Source: Meiothermus cerbereus
GTDB lineage: Bacteria; Deinococcota; Deinococci; Deinococcales; Thermaceae
Direction: 5' to 3'
NCBI RefSeq assembly: GCF_051297115.1
Contig: NZ_JBEVAL010000010.1
Coordinates: 107 to 64,106, forward strand
DNA length: 64,000 bases
Both the position numbers and the translations under genes were made by a program. The notes beneath the pieces were generated by a model that was not told the origin of the DNA, ran no database searches, and was given only the letters and a program-made list of their open reading frames with translations. Below are positions 56,225-64,000 of the stretch, piece after piece. The number at the start of each line of letters is the position of its first letter. Position 1 is the first letter of the stretch.

Positions 56225-57416
56225 ATTTGTAGGCCTCGAGGGCCAAAGCCAGGGCCTCCACATCCTCCAGGCTGTTGTACACCTGGGCCGAAATCCGCAC
56301 CCATAAACGCCCGCCAAGGCACAGGATGGGGGCTTCAATCCGGTGTTCGTACAGCAGCGCATACTGCAGGCGCAGGGCCTCCTGGCGGGTACTGCCCAGT
56401 GCGGCGGGTAGCGGCAACGTAACCATAGAGCCCAGCATGGCTTCGGGGGCTGGAGGTTCAAACCCCCAGCGTGCGCTCAGCCAGGCCAGGGCCTGCCGGG
56501 CCAGGTGGTGGTTATAGGCCTGCATGGCTTCCAGGCCCCATTCTTGCATCAAGGCCAGCGCCGCCGGGGCGGCCAGAAAGGGGGTGGGGTCTTTGGTGCC
56601 GACCCAGTCAAACTCCTGCACAAAGCCCTGCCCCAAACCCCAGGAGATGACCGGAGGATGCAGGCCCTGCTGCCGCTCGGGAGCCACCCACAAAAAACCG
56701 CAGCCTTTGGGGGCCAGGGCCCATTTGTGCAGGTTGCCGGTGTAGTAGTCCACCCCCAGGCGGGGGATATCCAGGGGAATGGCCCCCGGCGCGTGGGCGC
56801 CATCGGCCAGCACCGGCACGCCCGCCGCCCGGCAGCAAGCGGCCATCTCGGCCAGGGGCAGCACCAGGGCGGTCTCGGAGGTGATGTGGTCGAGGATGAC
56901 CAGGCGGGTGCGGGGGGTAAGGGCCTGGGAAAGCCGGTTTATGTACAGCGCAGGCTCGGCTCCCGGAAAGGGCAGCTCGAGCGTAACCAAGCGGGCTCCT
57001 CGGCGCTCGGCGGAAAAGGCCGCCGCGTTGCGTACCGCACCATAGGCCAGGTTGGTAATCAGGATCTGGTCGCCGGGGTTGAGCTCGAGCGAACCCAGCA
57101 CCGCATTGACCCCGGCGGTGGCGTTGTCCACAAACACCAGGTCTGGCCCCTGGGCCCCCATAAAACGGGCTACCGCAGAAGCGGCCTCCCGCAACCGGGG
57201 AACAGCCCGGTCGGAGGGGCCCGAGAGGCCACACAGCTCCCGCAGCAAGAAGCGAGCGGGCTGCTGCTCCATCTCTTCGCGCAGGGCCTGCTGCGCTGCC
57301 AGCACCCGCCGGGGGGTGGCGCCCACCGTGCCGTGGTTGAGGTAGATGACTCCGGTCTCGAGCGGCCAATGGGCCAGCATCTCCCGACCAAAACCGGCCT
57401 GCAGCGCGGGGTTCAT
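56223..57416 (-). CDS. Class V aminotransferase-fold PLP enzyme (isopenicillin-N-epimerase / cysteine-desulfurase-like)
   Basis: IYLNHGTVGATP..., HITSETA and YYTGNLHKW (PLP lysine). The ATG at 57416 overlaps the upstream stop (ATGA). The ORF-track start at 57632 is an extension. Confidence 0.85.
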   Translation of the reverse strand: MNPALQAGFGREMLAHWPLETGVIYLNHGTVGATPRRVLAAQQALREEMEQQPARFLLRELCGLSGPSDRAVPRLREAASAVARFMGAQGPDLVFVDNATAGVNAVLGSLELNPGDQILITNLAYGAVRNAAAFSAERRGARLVTLELPFPGAEPALYINRLSQALTPRTRLVILDHITSETALVLPLAEMAACCRAAGVPVLADGAHAPGAIPLDIPRLGVDYYTGNLHKWALAPKGCGFLWVAPERQQGLHPPVISWGLGQGFVQEFDWVGTKDPTPFLAAPAALALMQEWGLEAMQAYNHHLARQALAWLSARWGFEPPAPEAMLGSMVTLPLPAALGSTRQEALRLQYALLYEHRIEAPILCLGGRLWVRISAQVYNSLEDVEALALALEAYK

Positions 57417-57904
57417 GGGTCTAAGGCCAGCTCCTCGTAGGGCAGCTTCAGGTAGTCCGCCAGCACCTCCACCACCAGCTCGTGGTCTTCGCGCTGGGGC
57501 AGCCCCGAGACCGTAATGGCCCCGATGCAGCCCGCCCCCTGCACGAAGATGGGAAAGCCACCCCCGTGGGCGGCATACTCGCGGGCATCCAGTCCACGTT
57601 CCTCGAGGCTGCTCTCCTTCTGCTTGAGCCAAAGCCCCACCGCATAGGAGCTGCGGTGAAAGCGCTGCACCACGTTGCGCTTGCGCCGAACCCAGTCGGC
57701 GTTGTCGGGGGTGGCGCCGGGCATGGCGTAGTAGAAGATGGGCTGGACAAAAAGGCTGATGTCCATGGCAATCGCGCTGTGAAGGCGCTCGGCGGTCGCT
57801 TTGAGCCGCTGCCCCAGCCTCCAGGCCACCTCTGCGTCGAAGCGCTCGAAGCGCAGGCGGGCCTCTTGTTCGGCAATAACCTTCAGATCCTGTTCGATAT
57901 TCAT
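57413..57904 (-). CDS. UPF0303 / GlcG-like haem-degrading-domain family protein
   Basis: 163 aa with the AHGGGFPI...GCIGAITVSGLPQREDHELVV signature. Confidence 0.7.
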   Translation of the reverse strand: MNIEQDLKVIAEQEARLRFERFDAEVAWRLGQRLKATAERLHSAIAMDISLFVQPIFYYAMPGATPDNADWVRRKRNVVQRFHRSSYAVGLWLKQKESSLEERGLDAREYAAHGGGFPIFVQGAGCIGAITVSGLPQREDHELVVEVLADYLKLPYEELALDP

Positions 57905-58941
57905 ATCTGACCCTCCAGGGAAACCTCTCGGCGCTCGAGCGCGCTTATATGGGCGGCCTCGAGCAGCTCCATCAGCCGCACGGCCTGCTCGGGCGGCACC
58001 GGGTTGGGCCCTTGGCCCCGAATCGCGTCCCGCACCCCCTCGTAGTAACGCCGGTAATCGCCGGCCTCGACAAAAACAGGCTCCGGGGCCTGCTCGGGCC
58101 GGTAGAGCCAGGCCTCGCTTCCCTCGGGCTTCCAGCCCGGCGCACCCGGACGCAGACCCTCCTTAAGGGCTTTTTCCTGGGTGTCCAGGCCGTACTGCAC
58201 CAGGCTGCCCTGGGTTCCATGGACCACAAAGCGGGGGCTACCCCCTGGCACCAGGGCGCTGGCGTGCAGCACCACCCGCAGCCTAGGGTAGCGCAGCAGC
58301 ACGTGAAAGTAATCGGGGGCCTGGGCGCCCTGCCGCTGCATGCCGATGTCGGCAAAGATTCCCTGGGGCCAGCCAAAAAGCAGCAGGGCCTGGTCGGCCA
58401 GGTGGGGCCCCAGGTCGTACCAGATGCCGCTGCCGGGGCCAGCCTGCTCGCGCCAGCGGTTCTGCACCTCTGGGCGGTAGCGGTCAAAGTGCGACTCAAA
58501 GTAGACCACCTCCCCCAGGGTTCCGGCTTCCACAATTCTGCGTAGGGTCAAAAAATCGCCGTCCCAACGGCGGTTCTGAAAAACCGAGAGCACCCGCCCC
58601 TGGGCTTCGGCCAGTTCGGCCAGGGTGCGGGCCTGGTAGGCATCGAGGGTAAAGGGCTTGTCCACCACCACATGTTTGCCCGCTTCCAGGGCGCGCCGCG
58701 CCAGCTCGAAGTGGGTGGGGTTGGGGGTGGCGATCACCACCAGGTCAATGGGGGGGCTGGTAACAACCTCCTCGAAAGTAGCGCTCACCCAAACCTCGGG
58801 CCAGTCGGCGCGTACTTTTGCAGGCTGGCTGCTCTGGATGGTCACCAGGTGCAGGCCTGGCACGGCCTGAATCAGCGGCGCATGAAAGGCTTTTCCGGCC
58901 ATGCCGTAGCCAATGAGCGCAACATGAATGGGTAGGGTCAT
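57901..58941 (-). CDS. Gfo/Idh/MocA family NAD(P)-dependent oxidoreductase
   Basis: N-terminal Rossmann VALIGYGMAGKAFH and the EKP-like motif VDKPF. The stop overlaps the next start (ATGA). Confidence 0.85.
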   Translation of the reverse strand: MTLPIHVALIGYGMAGKAFHAPLIQAVPGLHLVTIQSSQPAKVRADWPEVWVSATFEEVVTSPPIDLVVIATPNPTHFELARRALEAGKHVVVDKPFTLDAYQARTLAELAEAQGRVLSVFQNRRWDGDFLTLRRIVEAGTLGEVVYFESHFDRYRPEVQNRWREQAGPGSGIWYDLGPHLADQALLLFGWPQGIFADIGMQRQGAQAPDYFHVLLRYPRLRVVLHASALVPGGSPRFVVHGTQGSLVQYGLDTQEKALKEGLRPGAPGWKPEGSEAWLYRPEQAPEPVFVEAGDYRRYYEGVRDAIRGQGPNPVPPEQAVRLMELLEAAHISALERREVSLEGQI

Positions 58942-59093
58942 AGCACCTCTTCTACCTGAAAAACCGCACGATCCATCATTTGCTCTAGCCTAACGTGCTG
59001 GGGCCCCAACTTGCCAGCGTTATCGGGTAAGCAGTAATGTGGTAGCCACAACCGATAACATCGGGTTGAAAGGCTTGATCCTGTGAGGTCGCT

Positions 59094-60137
59094 GTGAGGA
59101 TTGGAATCGCAGGTGCCGGCTGGTGGGCCGGGTTTGCCCACCTGCCCGCATTCAGAGATGCTGGGGCGCAGATTGCGGGCATCTACAGCCGCACCCCCGC
59201 CCATGCCCAAAAACTGGCCGCAGCCTTTGGAACCCAGGCCTTTGCGCGCTACGAGGATCTGTTGCCGCACTGTGATGCGGTAGCCATCTCCACCACCGAC
59301 GACACCCACGCCCCGCTGGGCATCCAGGCCCTCGAGGCCGGGAAGCACCTTTTTATGGACAAGCCCCTGGCCCGCACAGCAGAAGAGGGACAGGCCCTGG
59401 TGGAAGCGGCCCAAAAGCACCAGCGCATAGGCCTGACAGCCTTCACCAGCCGGGGCGACCTGGCCGCCGAGACCGCCCAGGCCCTGGTGCGCTCGGGTGA
59501 GATTGGGGAAGTCCTGTACCTGCGGGGCTACTTTCACGGAGGCTACATGGGCGACCCCGGCGGCCCCACCACCTGGCGGGCCAGAGCCGAGACCGGCGGG
59601 GCGGGGGGCGCCGTGGCCGACCTGGGGGCCCATCTTTTCGACCTGGTGCGGATGGTAACGGGCCTCGAGTTCACCCAGGTGATGGCCCAGGGCCAGATTC
59701 ATCTGCAGCGGCCCGACCCGGTCAGCAACTACGACGAAGGGGCGGTGCTGGCCCGTTTGGGAGATGCCAGCGGAATGTTCTCGCTCTCGAGGGTGCACAT
59801 CGGCGCCGATCAACGGCTCGAGCTCGAAGTCCAGGGCACCAAAGGGGCGCTCAAGCTCTCCCCTGCCCTGTGGGGCACCGGACAGAGCGCCCAACTTTTG
59901 TTCGCGAAGCGCCCTGGTCTGTACCAGGAAGTACCCCCCGACCCAGGCCTGCTCAGGGGGCGCGACCCCAAGACTTCCTGGGGACACTTTCAGTTCATCG
60001 AGCTGGCCCGGCGCTTCCTGGAGGGCATCGCCAAAAACCAGCAACCCACCCCGAGCCTCGAGGACGGCCTCATGGCCCAACAAGTGATTGAGGCATGCGT
60101 GCTAAGCAGCCAGCAAAACACCTGGGCATCGGTTTGA
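59094..60137 (+). CDS. Gfo/Idh/MocA family oxidoreductase (second, divergent copy)
   Basis: MRIGIAGAGWWAGFAHLP Rossmann start and MDKPL motif. GTG start. Confidence 0.85.
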   Translation: MRIGIAGAGWWAGFAHLPAFRDAGAQIAGIYSRTPAHAQKLAAAFGTQAFARYEDLLPHCDAVAISTTDDTHAPLGIQALEAGKHLFMDKPLARTAEEGQALVEAAQKHQRIGLTAFTSRGDLAAETAQALVRSGEIGEVLYLRGYFHGGYMGDPGGPTTWRARAETGGAGGAVADLGAHLFDLVRMVTGLEFTQVMAQGQIHLQRPDPVSNYDEGAVLARLGDASGMFSLSRVHIGADQRLELEVQGTKGALKLSPALWGTGQSAQLLFAKRPGLYQEVPPDPGLLRGRDPKTSWGHFQFIELARRFLEGIAKNQQPTPSLEDGLMAQQVIEACVLSSQQNTWASV

Positions 60138-60301
60138 GCTGGCCCAAACCACAAGCCGCAGGGCATGTTCGGAACGTTATTTGATGCCGGCAGGCTCCGA
60201 CATCAACATAGTTTGCCGGGGTCATTGCCGGATGAATGGGGTCTGCTTGAGGGGACTACTTGGGCCTGGTGTATAAGGCAGTGTATTCTTTGCATGTTGG
60301 C

Positions 60302-62677
60302 ATGAGCACTTCTACGAACAAACCCCGCCTGGTAAGCCCTAACTTCATCACCGAAATTATCGATGAAGACCTGAAAGCTGGTCGCTACCAGAAAATCGTG
60401 ACCCGCTTTCCCCCCGAGCCCAACGGCTACGCCCACCTGGGGCACGCCATTGCCAGCTACATTGACTTTGGCATCGCCCACGATTACGGTGGGGAGTGCC
60501 GCTTGCGCATGGACGACACCAACCCCGAGGCCGAAAAGGCCGAGTACGCCGAGGCCCTGATCGCCGACATGCGCTGGCTGGGCTGGGACTGGGGGCCAGA
60601 GGTAAGCTATGCTTCTAACTACTTCGAGCAGCTTTACCAGATGGCCGAGCGGCTCATCCAGAAGGGCCTGGCCTATGTGGACAGCGTCTCGCCCGAGGAG
60701 ATGGCCCGGCTGCGCGGCACGGTGGACAAGCCCGGCATCCCCAGCCCCTACCGCAACCGCAGTGTGGAAGAGAACCTGGATTTTTTCCGCCGTATGCGGG
60801 CCGGAGAGTTCCCCAATGGCGCCCACGTGCTCCGGGCCAAGATAGACCTCTCGAGCCCCAACATGAAACTGCGCGACCCGGTGCTGTACCGCATCGTACA
60901 CGCCGAGCACTACCGCACCGGCAAGGCCTGGTGCATCTACCCTTCCTACGATTTCGCCCAGGCCACCACCGACGCCCTGGATGGGGTGACGCACAGCCTG
61001 TGCAGCCTCGAGTTCGTGGACAACCGGGCCATCTACGACTGGCTGATGGATCACCTTTGGGGTGAGCCACCCCTTCACCAAACCCCCCGTCCGCATCAGT
61101 ATGAGTTTGGCCGCCGGAGCCTCGAGTACACCGTGGTCTCCAAGCGCAAACTACGCAAGCTGGTAGAAGGGGGCTATGTGCGGGGCTGGGACGACCCCCG
61201 CATGCCCACCCTGGCCGGGCAGCGGCGCAGGGGGGTGCGGCCCCAGGCCATCCGGCGCTTTGCCGGGCAGGTCGGTATTTCTCGTACCAACCGCACGGTG
61301 GACATTGCCCTGCTGGAAGGGGCCATCCGCGACGACCTGAACACCACCGCCCCACGGGTCATGGCAGTGCTGCGCCCTCTAAAGGTGGTGCTCACCAACC
61401 TGGCCGAGCCCAAAAGCGTTACCCTGCCCTACTGGCCCCACGATGTAATCGAGGAGTCCCCCGACGGCCTGGTGGCCCTGCCCAGTGGCGAGCGCGTCAA
61501 GCCTGAGGAAGCTGTGCGCCAGGTGACCCTCACCCGCGAAATTTACATCGAGGCCGATGACTTCGCCCTAAAGCCGCCCAAAGGCTTCAAGCGTTTAGCG
61601 CCCGGCGGCACCGTGCGCCTGAAAATGGCCGGGGTGATTCGCTGCGAGACCTACAAAACCGACGAGACCGGCCAGGTGACCGAGCTTCACTGCACCCTGC
61701 TGGAAGAGACCAAAGCCGCCGGGGTGATTCACTGGGTGAGCGCGAGCGAGGCCGTGCCCGCCGAGTTTCGCCTCTACGACCGGCTTTTTACTGTTCCGCA
61801 CCCCGAGGCCGAGGCCAAAGAGCTCGAGGACGAGCACGAGACCCCCGAAGACCACGACTTCCTTCGCTTTGTGAACCCCAAAAGCCTCGAGGTCGCCCAC
61901 GGCTACATCGAGCCGAGCGTGCTCAAAGACCCCAAGGAGACCCGTTACCAGCTCGAGCGCAACGGCTACTTCTGGCAAGACCCCCTCGACTCCAAGCCCG
62001 AAGCGCTGGTCTTCAACCGCATCGTAACCCTCAAGGACACCTGGGCACGTACCGCTGCACGCGAGCAGGAAGCAAAACACACTGGGGAAGCCAGAACCCC
62101 GGCCAGCGCCAAAGTCTCCAGCCCCGCCGCCCCCCAGTCCGAACCGCAACTAACCCCAAAGCAGCAGTCCGTCCTGCAAAACTTTATGGCCCAGGGCATC
62201 CACGAGGCCGAAGCATGGATACTGGCCCGCGAGCCCCGGCTGGCTGACTTCCTGCTGCAAGCGGCCCAGTCGGCCCCGTTGTCGGCGCTGGCCCACTGGG
62301 TCGTCAACGACCTGGGCGCGGCCCTGCGCTCCGGCGAAGCCAAAATTACCCCCGCTGGGCTGGCCGGACTGGTCAGGCTCCTCGAGGCCGGGGAAATCAA
62401 TACCCGCATCGCCAAGGATGTGCTGGCCGAGGCCCTGCAAACGGGCCAAGACCCGGTGGAAATCGTCCAACAGAAAGGGCTAAGGCAGGTGAGCGACCTG
62501 GGGGCCCTCGAGCCCATCGTAGAGCGCATCCTGGCCGAAAACCCCGACAAAGTGGCAGCCTACCGTGCTGGCAAGACCGGTCTGATGGGCTTTTTTGTGG
62601 GCCAGGTCATGCGCGAAACCCAGGGGCAGGCCAACCCCCAGCGGGTGCAGGAGCTAATAAGCCAAAAGCTGGGCTAG
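60302..62677 (+). CDS. glnS: Glutaminyl-tRNA synthetase with C-terminal YqeY/GatB-like appended domain
   Basis: [11 protein letters not shown] (HIGH) and VVSKRKL (KMSKS-like). About 230 extra C-terminal residues end in ...[33 protein letters not shown], the GatB/YqeY signature. Confidence 0.93.
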   Translation: MSTSTNKPRLVSPNFITEIIDEDLKAGRYQKIVTRFPPEPNGYAHLGHAIASYIDFGIAHDYGGECRLRMDDTNPEAEKAEYAEALIADMRWLGWDWGPEVSYASNYFEQLYQMAERLIQKGLAYVDSVSPEEMARLRGTVDKPGIPSPYRNRSVEENLDFFRRMRAGEFPNGAHVLRAKIDLSSPNMKLRDPVLYRIVHAEHYRTGKAWCIYPSYDFAQATTDALDGVTHSLCSLEFVDNRAIYDWLMDHLWGEPPLHQTPRPHQYEFGRRSLEYTVVSKRKLRKLVEGGYVRGWDDPRMPTLAGQRRRGVRPQAIRRFAGQVGISRTNRTVDIALLEGAIRDDLNTTAPRVMAVLRPLKVVLTNLAEPKSVTLPYWPHDVIEESPDGLVALPSGERVKPEEAVRQVTLTREIYIEADDFALKPPKGFKRLAPGGTVRLKMAGVIRCETYKTDETGQVTELHCTLLEETKAAGVIHWVSASEAVPAEFRLYDRLFTVPHPEAEAKELEDEHETPEDHDFLRFVNPKSLEVAHGYIEPSVLKDPKETRYQLERNGYFWQDPLDSKPEALVFNRIVTLKDTWARTAAREQEAKHTGEARTPASAKVSSPAAPQSEPQLTPKQQSVLQNFMAQGIHEAEAWILAREPRLADFLLQAAQSAPLSALAHWVVNDLGAALRSGEAKITPAGLAGLVRLLEAGEINTRIAKDVLAEALQTGQDPVEIVQQKGLRQVSDLGALEPIVERILAENPDKVAAYRAGKTGLMGFFVGQVMRETQGQANPQRVQELISQKLG

Positions 62678-62755
62678 GGCTTCATGCAAATGAGGTACCC
62701 GGCAGTTCTTCGATGATTCCGGGCCCTCGCCCGACCAATGGTTTGTACCCACGCC

Positions 62756-63970
62756 TCAGTGGCCCCTGTACCAGATGCGGTAAACCCGCCCGCCCCTGGC
62801 GTCCGAGACGTACATCGCACCGTCCGCGCCGATCACCAGCCCTACCGGGCGGCCCCAGGCATCACGGCACATCTGGCCGGGCTCGCGCCAGCCGGTCGCA
62901 AACACCTCCGCACGCACCGGCAGCCCGTTTTGAATCACAAAGCGTTCAATTTTGCAGTCGCGGTACTTGGCCGGATCCTGCACCCCCAGCGAGCCGTGGT
63001 AGGCAATAAAGAGGCTATTGCGGTACTCCAGGGGAAAGTGGCTCTTGGAACCCCAGGTCATCCCCAGCGGTGCAGAATGGGCCGGCGCGGTAAAGAGCGC
63101 CGGGACGGCTTTACGGCAGTCGAAGCCCTGGGTGCGGGGGTCGGGAACTTCGGCCCGCTCGGCCTTCAGGTTCAGGCCCAAACCCGGCGTGTAGCAGTAG
63201 GGCCAGCCATGAAAGCCCCCCGGCTGCACCGCCACAATCACCTCCTCGGGCGGCAGCTCGTCGCCCAGGTGGTCAGTGCCGTTGTGGGTGGCCCAGAGTT
63301 CGCCCCTGGGGGTCCAGGTAAAGTCCACGCTGTTTCTAAGGCCCTCGGCCCAGACCGCCCGGCGGCGGGGGTCGGGGTCTTGCACAAAGGGGTTGTCGGC
63401 AGGCAGGCTTCCATCGGGGTTGAAGCGCAAAATGGCTGCTCGACGTGGGTCGCGCTCGGGGCCAAAGTTGGTCTCGGAGCCCACCGCAACATAAAGTTTG
63501 CCGTCCGGCCCGAAGTGCAGGGTTCGGGTAAAGTGCCCGGAAGGACCCGGAAGGTCCGATAGGATTGTTTTCTGCTCCCACCCACTTCCTTTTGGCCGCA
63601 ACCGAACCACCGTGGTGCTGGCCGCCACGTACAGCCAGCCCTGGTGCCACTCGATTCCGTGGGGCAATTCCAGATTGTTCGCAACAACCTCTACCCGATC
63701 GGCCCGACCATCGCGGTTCTGGTCGGGCAAACGCACCACCTGGCCCCCGTACATCAGGGTCAGGTACAGTTGCCCATCGGGCCCCACGCTCATCATGCGG
63801 GGAGCGCCATCGAAGTTTTCGGCAAAAATCTGAATGGCAAATCCGGGCGGAAGTCGAATGCGGCGGGCAGCCTCGTCGGGTGCAGGTTCTGGTGGGGGCC
63901 TCGAGGCAAACCACACGGCCCCGGCCACGGCCAGTACAAGTACCAACCCCAGTCTGCCCCAGTGGGTCAT
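62756..63970 (-). CDS. PQQ-dependent soluble sugar (glucose/sorbosone) dehydrogenase, beta-propeller
   Basis: Signal/TM anchor, GFHGWPYCY, and GRPVGLVIGADGAMYVSDARGGRVYRI motifs. Confidence 0.85.
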   Translation of the reverse strand: MTHWGRLGLVLVLAVAGAVWFASRPPPEPAPDEAARRIRLPPGFAIQIFAENFDGAPRMMSVGPDGQLYLTLMYGGQVVRLPDQNRDGRADRVEVVANNLELPHGIEWHQGWLYVAASTTVVRLRPKGSGWEQKTILSDLPGPSGHFTRTLHFGPDGKLYVAVGSETNFGPERDPRRAAILRFNPDGSLPADNPFVQDPDPRRRAVWAEGLRNSVDFTWTPRGELWATHNGTDHLGDELPPEEVIVAVQPGGFHGWPYCYTPGLGLNLKAERAEVPDPRTQGFDCRKAVPALFTAPAHSAPLGMTWGSKSHFPLEYRNSLFIAYHGSLGVQDPAKYRDCKIERFVIQNGLPVRAEVFATGWREPGQMCRDAWGRPVGLVIGADGAMYVSDARGGRVYRIWYRGH

Positions 63971-64000
63971 CTGAGGTTCAGGGTAGCAAATCCAGGAAAA

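Noticed and set aside
57417-57632. 72-codon N-terminal extension of the aminotransferase ORF
   Set aside because: It overlaps the UPF0303 gene in another frame and is Gly/Arg/Ala-rich. The ATG at 57416 gives a canonical N-terminus and an ATGA coupling overlap.
58938-60083. 381-aa minus-strand ORF
   Set aside because: Antisense to the Gfo/Idh/MocA oxidoreductase at 59094-60137, which has a clear Rossmann N-terminus. Shadow ORF.

Overview
High-GC (about 60-65% by eye) chromosomal core region with Deinococcus-Thermus hallmarks, Thermaceae (Meiothermus/Thermus-like). These include a 1526-aa beta-prime with the lineage-specific insertion, mglA-mglB, NurA-HerA, GlnRS with a YqeY-like tail, very frequent CTCGAG, and many leaderless-type promoters. 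No prophage, IS element, CRISPR array or obvious defence island is visible.

Gene content is housekeeping:
- Transcription and translation: rpoB-rpoC, serS, gatC, glnS, mnmE, and three tRNAs (Leu-UAG and His-GUG as a pair, Ser-GGA).
- Metabolism: metY-metX, gcvT-gcvH-gcvP, gltA, and an N-succinylamino-acid-racemase-like cluster.
- Proteolysis and envelope: hslVU, lepB.
- Other: aat, an E1-like/JAMM pair, transporters and oxidoreductases.

The interesting material is non-coding:
1. A previously unannotated-looking family of tandem 46-47 bp double-hairpin repeats at three loci. It shows compensatory stem substitutions. One cluster is wedged between a SAM-I riboswitch terminator and the metY ribosome-binding site.
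2. A tandem glycine riboswitch with its own promoter, placed inside the gcvTHP cluster and controlling only gcvP.
3. A 115-bp structured element present twice, 112/115 identical, 32 kb apart.
4. Recurrent TGnTAnnnT extended -10 boxes 6-10 nt from start codons, implying leaderless mRNAs.
5. CTCGAG at roughly ten times the chance expectation.

Several long ORFs in the supplied track are antisense shadows or N-terminal over-extensions that run through riboswitches and repeats. All protein calls rest on motif and family recognition by eye; no database search was possible.
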